NCBI RefSeq assembly: GCF_006345805.1
Contig: NC_043000.1
Span: forward strand, 109,740,001 to 109,804,000
Length of the DNA stretch: 64,000 nucleotides
Source: Octopus sinensis
Taxonomy: Eukaryota
Reading direction: 5' to 3'
Part shown: in pieces, positions 35,104-49,062 of the stretch
Position numbering within the stretch: the stretch's first letter is position 1
Layout: every line of letters begins with the position of its first letter
Position numbers and translations under genes: made by a program
Notes under the pieces: model-generated
Seen by the model: only the letters and a program-made list of their open reading frames with translations
What the model was told of the DNA's origin: nothing
Databases searched by the model: none

Positions 35104-38100
35104 TATATATATATATATATAAATTATTATTAAAATTATAATTTAGGGTATCCAAAAGATACCACCACGCTGGAAATAGCAGCCAAAACCTGACTCTAAA
35201 ACCACATTAAATGTTCATATAGCACCAGGAGAGAAGACCTTTGTCCTTTTGTCTTCTCTCCTGGTGCTGTATTTGTTTCGTTAGGACAATGTTGATGATG
35301 ATGATGTAGATGTTTCTAAATTGGCACTGATCTCGATGGCAGAGTTTGCTTTTTTTTTTGTGGTGATGTTAGTGTAAATAAAGTGATAAAAGATGTTGGA
35401 AACTTGTTCCTGTAACTGTTGTTGTTGTTGTTAGTGATGCCAGTGTTAGGTCAGTTAAGTTTTATAAAGATGGTGGGCCTTGTATGGCGTTAATATAAGA
35501 ATGGCTCTTAATGATGGTTGTTGGATTCAGTTCCACCACCATTTCTTTGTTACAAAAAACTTTATGCTATTTTCATTTGTAGATGTGGCTATGCCTGTAT
35601 TTGTGTCATCATCATCATCATTGTCATCATTGTTTCAACATACACTTTTCGATGCTTGTATGGTTCAGACAGAAATTGTTGAAGTAGATTTTTCTATGTC
35701 TGGATGCCTTTCCTGTCACTAACCCTCACTTGTTTCCAAGCAATGTTATATTTTCCCAATACTGGACATGTATTTTTACCATGGAAGACTGGAAACAAAC
35801 AACACCACTTAAAGGACAATGGTGCTCATTTACAAGCACCACATGACACCATGTAGCATTTTGTCTGTTGTGTCAATAATGTTGCCAGATCACCCTCTTT
35901 ATGTCAGGTAATAATAAAAAATGGTTTGACATTAAACTGAAAAATTACTCAATAGTTTTTGGAGAGTACATGTGTTTTTAATGTAGATTGTTGACAGTGA
36001 ATTTGAATTTTTAACTTTCTACTCTTTATCCACCTTCATTGGACTGCTAGTTGACCAAAACTTTGAAGTCACTGCCAACCTTCTTCTTGTAAAAAAATAT
36101 GATATATATATATATTATACCCACATCAGTATATATTATCATTTTTACATTGCCTTTTCCATCTGACAGATTTTGCAGGTTTTCTGAGACAATTTTTTAA
36201 CAGATGGATTCTTTTCCTGGTGCCAACACTTTTAATCAGTTTTTACTATACATTAGGGATACAGCCTGCCTTAAATGCTACAGTTTTGCTCCCTTAAAAT
36301 ACAAATATTTATTTGTCTCCTTTCACTAATATTATTTTGGTTTCTCCTTCAAGCATTGCTCCCTTTTCTTTGTTGTCTTGTCTTTTTTTATTCTTGCAGT
36401 TATTCTTTACCTTAAATCCTTGCTCCTACTTTTTTTCTTGTGTCTTGTCATTTTACAACACTTCTTCCTTCCATATGAACTTCAGTGCTCAATGTAAAGA
36501 GAATATCTCAACAAACCAATGTTCAGTTCTCACTGAGAATTATTCACTTGTATAATCTTTGTCTTTTTTCTCCAAATTCAAAGTCAACGAGTTTCTCTTT
36601 GATTGGGAATATCTTTGTGTAGCATTTGACTTGTGATCTATTGTAATATGTGCAAAGTTGTTTCCTTTTCTCCCTTCCAATTTTCTCACTCTGCTTCATT
36701 TTCTCACTGACTCACATATTTCATTATTCTTACACTCTGTGTGTCTGAGACTCTCATTACATCTGCCATTCACCTCTCACATCCCTGTGAACTTACCAAT
36801 CCATACCACTTATATTCACCTTCCTGTAATTTGGGGTTACACCCTGACACGTCTTCATCACAATACTCTTTCTCTTCCAACTGGAGTAACTATATATTTC
36901 TTCTACAGCAAGGCATTTATTCCTCTCCTATCATTTCGTTAATATTATCATCATCATCATCATTTAACGTCCGCTTTCCATGCTAGCATGTAGTTGGACG
37001 ATTTGACTGAGGTCTGGCGAACCAGATGGCTGCACCAGGCCCAATCTTGATCTTGCAGTGTTTCTACAGCTGGATGCCCTTCCTAACGCCAACCACTCCG
37101 AGAGTGTAGTGGGTGCTTTTTACGTGCCAGTTTGGTGGTACTGGCAACAGCCACGCCCAAATGGTGCTTTTTATGTGCCACCTGCACAGGAGCCAGTCCA
37201 GTGGCACTGGCGACGACCTCGCTCAAATGTTTTACATGCCACCAGCACAAGTGTTAGTAAGGCGATGCGGTAACGATCAAAATCAGAAGACTGAGATTAA
37301 TTTCTACAGATATTCTATAGAACTTACGGTCAGCACTGATTTTTTGCTACAATGTCTTATAGCAAGACATCAGATGTAAACAGACAATATGATTGAAAAC
37401 AAAAGGGGGTAATGAGTGGGTATATGCCATATTTCAAGGGTTGTTGCCCCTTCTTCAGCACTCCTTTAACCCATTATTGCTACCGAACACATTGCTTGCA
37501 TAGCCACCGCATACAGCAGTGTTACTGAATCTATCAATTTACATATTAGTCACATTTCTGGGGCTGGTATGTAAGCATTAACGATTTGTAACGAAGTACT
37601 GTGTACCTACAAATCTTTAATGTCCATTTCTTTAACCTCTCATCACTTGACATAAAGCCACCTCCTTCAATGCAACAACCCCTTCAGTTGAAGAATTGTT
37701 AATGCATCAGATGAAATGCTTAAGTAGAATTTTTTTTGGCTCTTTACATTCTGAGTTCAAATTCCACTGAAGACGATTGTGCCTTTCACTTTCTCGGGGT
37801 CGACGGAATAAAATACCAGTTGAGCACTGGGGGAGGGTTGATGTAATTGACTTATCCCACCTCCTAAAATTGCTGGCCTTGTGCCAAAATTTGAAACCAT
37901 TAGTATTGTCACTTGTTGTTGTTGTTGTTACAGCAGTGATTGGTTGAAGCATTAAAACACCAGACGATATCATCATCATCATCATTAGCATTTGCTTTTT
38001 AGATATTTAGTGAAGTCCCGTTACATTATATTCAAATGCTGCCGAGGTCAACTTTGGCATCCTTAGTTCTCCCAAGAAGCAACAGACACCAAACCAATAA

Positions 38101-38661
38101 ATCCTGGGTGAATTCAAATAACTCTAAACCCCCCCCCACACACACACACACACTTTCTGCTTCTGTACAAAACACATACCCCCCCCTCCTGTGCCTTGTT
38201 TCTGGATCAGAAATGGTTATTATTGCCCAAATACCGAAATAGATTTCCAGTGCCCGCCTCCAATGCAAACGGGACAACCAGATTGGATAGAAAAGGGGAC
38301 ACTAGAAATTAATTAGGGATGAGTATAAGGATCAAATTAGCAGTTATATTTAGCCATTTAATATCCGTGTTGCCCCCACCCCCCCTGCCCACATCATGTT
38401 TTCTTCCTCTGGTTTATGGCCATAAACCACCACCACTGCCACCACCACCACCACCACCTTTCTTGCTGTCATTGTTCAGTTGGTTCCTGGCTAATTATCT
38501 CTTCTGACATTTGTCTTTATATCACTCATAGTACCACATCCTGACAACTGACCAATCTGTGTGTGTGTGTGTGTGTGTCTGTTTGCGTATGTGTATATAT
38601 GTATGCATATATAGTATGTATTATATCTGTATGTACATATATTTGTACGTGTGTGTGTGTG

Positions 38662-38698
<37 letters not shown>

Positions 38699-38699
<1 letters not shown>

Positions 38700-39037
38700 G
38701 GAGTAAACACAAATGTGAAACAAGGTGGAAAAAAGAGTACTCAAATACCAGTGGTAGAGTAATATGCTTTATTTAAAGCAGCAGAAAATTCAACAAAACC
38801 TGTTACTCTGAGTTTCCCATTGTTTCTGAGAAAAATCCAGCGGGTAAAGTTCCATCTTTTTCAGCTGTTTGTTCTTCCTACTTGTGCAGAGTCGCTCAAA
38901 CTTTTATAAGGAGCGGGTTACAAACAGGAAGAACAACAGCTGAAAAAGATGGAACTTTACCCGCTGGATTTTTCTCAGAAATAACGGGAAACTCAGAGTA
39001 ACAGGTTTTGTTGAATTTTCTGCTGCTTTAAATAAAG
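38699..39037. mobile_element. Second copy of the same inverted-repeat family
   Basis: 38701-38810 is clearly homologous to the reverse complement of 29750-29850. ~112-bp arms (38767-38879 / 38926-39037) differ by 2 substitutions and 1 indel. (TA)n on both sides. Confidence 0.65.
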
Positions 39038-39150
<113 letters not shown>

Positions 39151-39350
39151 CTGATGAGGCAAAGCATTCCTAAATGCAAAGTCAGAAATCCGGGATCTAG
39201 AATTATCCAGTAATTTTTTACTAGTTTCATCTTGTCTCTTTGTTTTCTCTCCGTGTTGATATATGGACAATTAAGGTGGTTTTAGAGTCGGATCATGGCT
39301 GCTATTTTCAGCATGGTGGTATCTCATAGATACCCTAATTTATAATTTTA
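39151..39350 (+). repeat. Unclassified (TA)n-embedded repeat; homologous copy at ~35120-35240 (opposite strand)
   Basis: gtggttttagagtc...ggctgctatt...ggtggtatc...gataccctaa is shared between the two loci. Begins with CTGATGA (see findings). Confidence 0.55.
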
Positions 39351-39379
39351 TATATATATATGTATGTATATTCTGTTAT

Positions 39380-39736
39380 TCTTTTACTTGTTTCTGTCAT
39401 TTGACTGTGGCCATGCTGGAGCACCGCCTTAAAAGGTGTTAGTCAAAGAAATTGACCCCATGATTTATTCTTTGTAAGCCTAGTACTTATTCTATCAGCC
39501 TCATTTGCTGAACCGCTAAGTTATGGGGACATAAACACACCAGCATTGGTTGTCAAGCAGTCGCGATAGGGACAAACACGCACAAATATATACATTTTCT
39601 ATCTACCAAATCCACTCACAAGGCTTTGGTCAGCCCGAGGCTAGAGAAGACACTTGCCCAAGGTGCCACACTGTGGAACTGAACCTAAAACTATGTAGTT
39701 GGGAAGCAAGCTTCTTACCACACAGCCACGCCTACA

Positions 39737-39739
<3 letters not shown>
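39380..39739 (-). mobile_element. SINE family A copy
   Basis: Reverse complement is collinear with the family consensus. Confidence 0.78.
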
Positions 39740-39780
<41 letters not shown>

Positions 39781-39860
39781 TACACACATACATGCACACA
39801 TACCTAAACAGTAGCATACAGATATATTTACAGACAGTTGTCTCTCAGTTTAGTTCCTTG

Positions 39861-40109
39861 TTTCTGTCCCTCATTAATACTTCCCCTCAGTTGAGGGTAT
39901 TGTCCTACAAGTTACTTGGTGACCTCACAGCTGTTAGTATCACTTAAAATGCACCCAAAACATACTATAAAGTGGTTGGCATTAGGAAGGGCATCCACTT
40001 TATAGCATATTTTGGGTGCATTTTAAGTGATACGAACAGCTGTGAGGTCACCAAGTAACTTGTAGGACAAGACCCTCAACTGGGGGGAAGTAGTAATGAG
40101 GGACAGAAA
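39861..40109. repeat. 115-bp near-perfect inverted repeat
   Basis: 39861-39975 vs 39995-40109, 6 mismatches, 19-nt loop. The sequence derives from an RTE-tail-related repeat. Confidence 0.85.
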
Positions 40110-42218
40110 AGGTATCTTTCATTAAAAGAGAGTAATGGTTATCTCAGATGAAACAGGGGTGTTGTGTATGCAGATAGATAGGTGAGCACATGAGGGAGAA
40201 TGGAGGGCAGTGATCCATAAGATAAATTTATATCCAGACAAGTACCACAATTGATTTGCCTTTTCATGATATCTCTGCATTAAGTATGATACACAGATTT
40301 CTATTTCAATCTAGTACTGCTTCTGTTGGATATAACATATTTTTATTCAGCTTAGCAACTAATTGCAATACCAGGATATCTTTCAATCTCTGTTTTCTTC
40401 TATCAGTAGCAACAAATTTTATCTTAGCATGGCAGGTAGCATTGGGTGTATGTTACAAAGTTCAACATGGCCAAAACACGCACCTAGCATTTGCACCACC
40501 ACAAATGAATGGTTTCCGTCTGCTGTTGACACATTTTTGTGTTTTTAAATGCAGTATATCCATATAGGTTATTATTTCCGTATAGCTATTGCGGTTAATG
40601 TTTGGCTTTAGATGATGTGTCTACATTAAGTATGATACACATATAAGCTATTTTAACTGTTTTCGTTTCAACAGAGGACATTAGAAATCACTTGCCAATG
40701 CATGTGTGCTGGTCTTTCTTCCTGTTGACATTAGGGAAAGGCATACCAGTCATGTAATGGGGGAAATGTTAGATTCATGATTGGGAAATCATGTTTTTGG
40801 TTCCCAGAATGCATTGTGCCTTTGAGAAAAGCACTTCATTTCACCTGATTCTAGAAAATGGGTACCAGTAATAGATGGAGGGCTTTAACATTGTGATGGG
40901 GATGTGTGGTGTGACCTGTCTGTCTTGATGGATAAGAGTAACAATCATTTGACATTTTAGTCACTCTTGTGATAGCCTCAGTCGTCCATGGCCACAATCT
41001 ACATGCACACACACCACATATTCACATGTTCACACACACACATACATGCATATACTCATGCAAATATGCATTGAGTCACACACAGGTATATATACACACA
41101 CACACATGCCAGTCATGTACTGTTGTTGAGTTGGTCAACCATATCTATTCTCCTTTACAAGCAAAAAAGGATTTGTTCTACTTAAGAGAGTGATCAAAGA
41201 TAACGATAATAATTATTATTGTTGTTATTGTTTGAGATAGTAAAAATAATTTGAGTAAATACTTTTTCGTAACATATTTCCTCCAGTTTTTTTTTCATTG
41301 TATTCACTTTGAATTCAACAGGGCTGAACTTTGCCCCTTGTTTTCTGTTTCATCAATAAAATGCAAACATTGCAGTCGACTCATTTGATTTCATTAATTT
41401 TTTGCAGTATCTGAGATGGGGCTTACCAACATCATTTTAATGTCCCCTTTTCTATGCTTGAATGTGTCAGGTGGAATTATGGTCAGATGCCCTTCCTATC
41501 ACCAACTCTAACCTGTTTCCAAGCAAGGTAACCTCTCCCTGTCACCAGACATGCTTCCCACAGAAGACTGGAACCAACACTATCATTTACATAGCCCTCG
41601 TGTGATGCCTAGATGAGGGTACACCTCACCCCTATATATATATATATATATATCATAATCATCATTTAACATCTGTTGTCCATGCTGGCATGGGTTGGAT
41701 GGTTTGACCAGGACTGGCCAGCTGGAAGGCTGCACCAGACTCCAGTCTGATTTGGCATGGTTCCTAACACTGACCACTTCACAGAGTGTGATGAGTGCTT
41801 TCACATGTTCATGTTCATTTTTATGTTGAATTACAATTGCAGTCATTTTACATTAAAGTAAAGGACCACTCAATACATTTGCCAGGGTACAATTTATTGT
41901 TCTTCAGCAAGAATACTATTGACTGTAACTTTGAAGTTTGTTAGCTGAGCCATCATTGAACTCCCTCTCAATCTCTCTCCATATCGACACGCATGCGCAC
42001 ACAAGCACGACAGGCTTCTTTCAGTTTCTGTCTGTTATCTCCACTCTGATTTATTCATAACACTCATTCTTTTATTTACTAATAATTGTGTTTTTATTTG
42101 TATTGAGTGACATAAATATCTCAGTTGATAGATAAGGAGGTTGTGTGTTGAATAACTCTTTCTTTACACCCATGTGAATATAGGCCTTTGTCTGTTTATG
42201 TGTACACATACATTATAT

Positions 42219-42263
<45 letters not shown>

Positions 42264-42949
42264 ACACACACACACACACAGAGTCACTCACACACACACC
42301 TCAGCTTGTATTTGTTTCAGTCACTGAACAGCGACCATGCTGGAGTACCATCCTGAAATTGACTGCAATAGTTTTATTCTTTTAAGTTTCATTTTCTATC
42401 ATTCTCTTTTACTGAACTGCAAAGTTTGAAGGATGTAAAAAACAATCAACACTGATTGTCATGTGATGTGGGGCTGCAAACACAGAGAGAGAGAAAGAAA
42501 CACACACACCATCATCATCACTTAATGTCTGCCTTCCATGCTGGCATGGGTTGGACAGTTTGACAGGAACTGACAAGCCAGAGGGCAGCACCAGGCTTCA
42601 GTCATCTGTTTTAGCATCATTTCTACGACTGGATACCCTTTTTAACACCAGCCACTCTACAGAGCATACTCCAGTTTCCATCTTTCCTCTCACATCTTTT
42701 TGTTTTTTTTCCATCTCAGTTCATCTCCTGCAATGACCTTCTCTTTTATCCACTCTATCAGTCACATTGATCTCTGCAGACAGAAACAGCAAATAACAGT
42801 GAGGCCCTCTTTGGTTGTGCTGGTGCCATGACAAAAGGCACTCAATACACTCTGTGAAGTGGTTGGCATCAGGAAGGGCATCCAGTTGTAGAAATCATGT
42901 CAAAGCTAAAACATCAAGCAAGACATTTTCTCCAATCCATCTAGAAAGA

Positions 42950-43270
42950 AACTCATCATCGTCATTTAGTGTCTGTTGTCCATGCTGGCATGGGTTGGAC
43001 AGTTTGACCAGGGCTGGCAAACTGTGGAGCTGTACCAGGCTCCATTTGTCTGTTTTTGGCATGGTTTTCTACAGCTGGATGCCCTTCCTAATGCCAACTA
43101 CTTTACAGAGTGTAATGGGTGCCATTTGCATGGCACCGGTATCTGCCATGACTATGATTTCATTTGGCTTGATGGGTCTTCTTCTAAAGCATGACATTAT
43201 GCCAAAGGCCTTGCTCATTGCTTCCGTGAGGCCCAACACTGAAACAGAACTCAGCCATTTTGCCTCCATT
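42950..43270 (-). mobile_element. RTE 3' fragment reaching the ORF end
   Basis: Minus strand includes LGLTEAM, matching LGLTEEMT near the end of the 60002 ORF. A similar copy lies at ~47822-48250. Confidence 0.7.
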
Positions 43271-43786
43271 TCCAAATAATAACCTACTCAAACTATGATG
43301 GCCTATCTCTAATACTTGCTTGATAGTATGGGAAGTAGACACAAAACACAACACCCATGATCATGATGATGGTGGTGGTGGTGGTGGCGGCGACGGCAAC
43401 TGTGATGATGGTAGCAGTGACTTACATATTACATTTCAGGATTTATTTATCTCATAACATTTGCCCTCAATAACTAGCAGTCTATAAAATCTTTTTTGTT
43501 GCTTAATTTCATATAATATTCAGTAATAGCAGACTAGTTTGTGATCATTAACCCTTTAGCATCTAAGCCAGTCATATCCAGCCAAAATACTCTCCCCATT
43601 TTATGTTCAAACCGGCCAGATCCAGCCTTTCACACCTACCCTACAATGTTATTCCAAAAATAAACAATCATATCATTGAAGTCTCATAGCTGCAAGATAA
43701 TCGAAACAATGTGAATAAATAAGCACTATACTTGACAGATTAATCTGAAAAGTAAGCAGTTAATTTACTAAATAATAATAATAATA

Positions 43787-44160
43787 GGCACAGGCGTGGT
43801 TGTATGGTAAGTAGCTTGCTTACCAACCACATGGTCCCGGGTTCAGTCCCACTGCGTGGCACCTTGAGCAAGTGTCTTCTGCTATAGCCTCAGACTGAAC
43901 AAAGCCTTGTGAGTGGATTTGGTAGACGGAAACTGAAAGAAGCCTGTCATGTGTGTGTGTTTGTGTGTCTGTGTTTGTTCCCCCACCATTGTTTGACAAC
44001 CGATGCTGGTGTGTTTATGTCCCCATAACTTGGCGGTTCAGCAAAAGTGGCCGACGTACTAAGTACTTGGCTTACAAAGAATAAGTCCTGGGGGTCAATT
44101 TGTTTGAGTAAAGGTGGTGCTCCAGCATGGCTGCAGTCAAGTGACTGAAACAAATAAAAG
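43787..44160 (+). mobile_element. SINE family A copy
   Basis: Collinear with 19325-19734. Confidence 0.82.
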
Positions 44161-46456
44161 ATTAATCAAAATATAATGATAATTTCTGAATCTGATAATA
44201 TGCTGTGAGTTAAGTTTTTTTAATCCTTTTATTGATAAGATATGAAACCATTAAAATATTGTCACCATGTGTTGTTGTTGCCATTGTCGTCTTACTCCTT
44301 TGACTACTAAGATCACTCCATACAGATGTAGAGCAGACCACAACAGTGTTTGGTTTCTATGTTGTTGATATAATTGCCGATATGCAATTTGCTTGTTGAT
44401 AAGCTTCCAAACAAATTTTTACACTTGAAAGTGTGTTTGTTTCAATTAAAATGCGGGGGAATAGTATGTATGTGCTATGGGAGACAGAAAGCCTTGTTTA
44501 TTTCATTAATGCATGAAATTTAATTAAAATGTGTGGCATGTTATCAAATACATAAAAAACATCATTTTAACCTAAATGCATGTAAACATCATTATTATTT
44601 TAACATCCATTTTGCCATGTTTTGCATGGGTCAGATAGAGTTTGTTGAAGCAGATTTTCTATGGTTGAATGTCCTTCCTGTCACCAACCCTCGCCTGTCT
44701 CTGAGCAATGTAATATTTCCCCATGGCCAGACACAGTTTTGCAGAATAGTGGAAATAAATCATACTGCTTGTATGACAGTGAAAATCATTTACAGCTGTC
44801 TTGTGGTGTCAAGACAGGGAGACACAAACATATACACACATATATACAACAACCTTCTTTCAGTTGCTCCCTATCAAATCCACTCACAAGGCATTGGTTG
44901 ACCCTGGGGTTATAGTAGAAAATGCCCAAGGTGCCATGCAATGGGATTGAACCTAGAACCATGCCTCTTAAACACACAGCCATATCAATTATTAAATATA
45001 GAGTGAAAGTTCATCAACATGGGTTTAATTGTTGTAGTTACACAAGAAATGAAAACAAAAAGGGGCATTGGAAGGGCAATACATACCCTGTACGCAGATA
45101 AATTTTTTCACAAATTCTAGTGTGGCTCACAATGCGTTGCTTAACCATACTTTTTAATTGAACGGAATTAATTTGTTTTCAAGTATCACCATTATAGGTA
45201 TTTATACTCTGGTGAAATTAAAAAAATCACCTCATAAATAAAGAAAAGCCTCAAATCCATTAGTGTGTACACATGTGTCTATGTGCATAGATACACCATG
45301 GTCTATACACACGCAGACGAGGGTCAATTCATATGAAAAAGAAAGTAAACAAAATAATATGATGACTTGCTTATTGAGAAATTTGTAAGTTCAATTTTTT
45401 TTTCTCTCTTAAGACAATCAAACCAAACTTTCATCATTTCAAACTGCTCACCCAATGAGTATTTCTGCCAAATTTGATGAAAATCCATTCTGATGTTTTC
45501 CAGTAATTTTGCAAACACACAGACAGACAGACAAAATGAGTGATTAAAATATCCTGATTTCGCTTATGTGTGCAGGGTAAACAGGTTTCTGTTGAGATTT
45601 TTTAATGGAAATTTCATTCAGAAATATATAAACACAGTTTCTGACTTCCATGCAAGTCAAGAATGTTGTATGTAAATTGTGAATGTGACTTATCTTCTGA
45701 TGTGACTCATTCCTGAATACATGTGTTGCACTGTGTCACAGAGAGAGGGGCAAGTTGTAATAATAATAATAACTGTAAATAGGTTTGCTGACTATAAACA
45801 TGACACACATAGTGTGTATAGACAAAGGTGTAGCATATATACAGACACTGCACAGAAAATATAAGACCAAGTTGTGTGTAGACATACATTTATACATACT
45901 TATATAAATAGTTACACACACATGCACACTGCAAGCAAACTATTACAGAAACGATTTTCAAGGATGGAAAGTAGAATCAGGAAATTGGGCTATGATTTAA
46001 GGCCCTATAGAGTAAAAGTACTCAGGTTTAGATGACATGTTGCTCTTTGTATTTGGGGGTTATATTAAAGCCAAAGTGTTAGATAACAACAAAGAGTGGT
46101 GACCAGAAGAGTAACTGGGTGAGATAGTGTTGTGCTACGGGTTTGAGAAGTACCTGAGTATTATTACAAATATCCAACAAGATCTCACAGAAGGTGTCTC
46201 CCAAGCAGTGCTCCATTTCATTGAAGTGTTGTGTGCAAACGGAAATATATAGGTTAGCAGAGATACAGTTAGTGGTGGTGGTGGTGGGGGTCACATTGAC
46301 GCTAAACTAGGAGCCTGCTAAAGCCTTGTAAATGGATTTTGGTTACCTAAAACATTGACAAGAGGAATTTCTCCACATGATTGTGTAATCTTGTCTGTTG
46401 ATTTACCAAAAAACATGTGTTTTATAGACTTTAAAATACCAAATACATTATACGTA

Positions 46457-46617
46457 GGCGTAGGAGTGGCTGTGTGGTAAGTAGCTTACTTACCAACCAC
46501 ATGGTTCTAGATTCAGTCCCACTGCGTGGCCCTTGGGCAAGTGTCTTCTACTACAGCCTCAGGCCAATCAAAGCCTTGTGAGTGGATTTGGTAGACGGAA
46601 ACCGAAAGAAGCCCATC

Positions 46618-46667
<50 letters not shown>

Positions 46668-46843
46668 GAATTTTTTGCGTAACGAGATAAAATTCATATG
46701 TACACACGCTGACATAGAACCAACGTTGAACCCTTTATTCGCAATATTACCGAATCTAGAACTTTATGGTCTGTCTATAGCACTTATTCAGCATTACCTG
46801 ACACCTTTGGGTCTCAATGACACCATTATCTCTTATAACCTCA

Positions 46844-46875
<32 letters not shown>

Positions 46876-47096
46876 TTATATATGTGTGTGTATGTTTGTG
46901 TGTCTGTGTTTGTCTCCCCAACATCGCTTGACAACCGATGCTGGTGTGTTTACATCCACGTAACTTAGCGGTTTGGCAAAGGAGACTAATAGAATAAGTA
47001 CTAGGCTTACAAAGAATAAGTCCTGGGGTCGATTTGTTCAACTAAAGGCAGTGCTCCAGCATGGCCACAGCCAAATGACTGAAACAAGTAAAAGAG
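46457..47096 (+). mobile_element. SINE family A copy interrupted by a ~175-bp insert
   Basis: Head 46457-46620 and tail ~46885-47096. The insert (46668-46843) sits inside the central (TA)n. Confidence 0.8.
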
Positions 47097-49019
47097 TATA
47101 TATATATTTTTTTTTTTTGTGCTTTCTTGTTTGGATTAACTTTATATATATATATGTATGTGTGTGTATATATATATATATATGCACACACACACACACA
47201 CACACACAGGAGTACAAAAAATAACACAAAAGCCAAATGTCGGTCAATGTCTTTTTATTTAGTATCCAAATTATGTTTATTCTATGTATGATTGTGGATG
47301 TATATTTGTGTGTTTGCATGCATATATGTAGATATTTCTGTGCCTGTGTTTGGCTCTGTGTGTGTGTAAATGTGTCTGTAAGAGAGAGAGAAAGAAAGAG
47401 AAAGAGATAAAGGTGAAGCAAAATAGGTGTTTACTTCAAGATCTGTCACCAGCTAATATTAGACATTCGTAGAAGCCATTGATTTGTTTGTCATGTGGGT
47501 CACAGTCATTATTTATTTATCAATTTTTATCAATAATCAACCCAGAGATAAGAAGATTTGTTCATCAATATCTCAGTACATGTTACTGAATGAGATGGTT
47601 ATTTGTTTGACTTGTTTGTTTGTCCAACCCATGCCAGCAGGGAAAAAAGCAGCCATAATGATAAGGCTGATAATAATTTGTGCCTGCTATAGATTCTCTG
47701 GTTGATAAATATAAAACATATATACACAGAATGTTGGTAGATACACAGGCAGGGGACATAGAACTCAATACATGAAATATTGATGTATAATCAACAGAAA
47801 GTCGTGTACACACCAGTTCACTTCATCATCATTTAATGTCCATTGTCCATGTTGGTATGGGTGGGGCAGTTTGACCAGGACTGGCAACCTGGAAGGCAAC
47901 CTGCACCAGTCTCCAGTCTGATTTGGCATGGTTTCTACAGCTGAATGCCCTTCCTAATGCCAACCACTCCGAGAATGTAATGGGTGCTTTTAAATTCCAG
48001 TGCCACGAATGCCATTTGCATGACACTGGTATCTGTCATGTCTGTGATTGTGCTCAGCTTGATAGGTCTTCTTGTCCAGCATGACATAATGCCAAAGGTC
48101 TTGGTCATTGCCTCTGTGAGGCCCAACACTTGAAAAGAGCTCACCCACTTTGCCTCTGTGAGGCCCAACGCTCAATGTCAAAGGCCTCAGTCATTGCCTC
48201 TGTGAGGTTCAAAGATCATGCTTCACCACCTCATCCCATGTCTTCCTGGGTCTACCTCTACCACATGCGTAATATATTTCTATCCTTAATCACACACATA
48301 AATATATATTCATGCAAAGTTAACATGCACTGTGTGTATGTGTGTATATATATGTATATATCTTTATATATATGTACATATAACCATCATCCTTCAAGGT
48401 CCATTTTCCATGCTGGCATGGATTGGACAGTTTGACCAGAGGTGGCAAACGAGAGATCTACGCCAAGCTCCAGTCTGATTTGGCTTTGTTTCTATGGCTG
48501 GATGCCCTTCCTAACACTGACCATGTTACAGTGTGTGCTGAGTGCTTTAAACATGGCACTGGCATGAGTGCTTTCCATGTGGCACCAGCACAAGGCTCTT
48601 GCAAGCCAATCCTCTTTACCAGGGGATGAAGCGTTAACACTTCTGCTGTGGAGGATGAACCTTCCACAGCAAGGTGCCAGGTATCTCAGTCCTTCGTCAT
48701 CTCGTCCAAAAGGTTCAGCCTTCTAAGCTCATCATCATCATATATATAAATATATATCTACAGACAGAGAATGAACATACTACCATCATGTTCTTAATGA
48801 TGAAATTAACTTCTCTGTCTATATATCTACCCTCTTTGTAATGCTGACAAATGAAATAAGTATAAGAATGTGCGTTGTCCATTTAATTGAAAAATTCTAT
48901 ATGTGGCTGAAGATTGCTTGACATTTTAAAACTGATGTAATACTTACAGGGTTTAATAAAATGAAGTAGCATGAAACAATTGTACTACTCTACCTTGGAT
49001 ATCCTTATTGCTTATTTTG

Positions 49020-49062
<43 letters not shown>

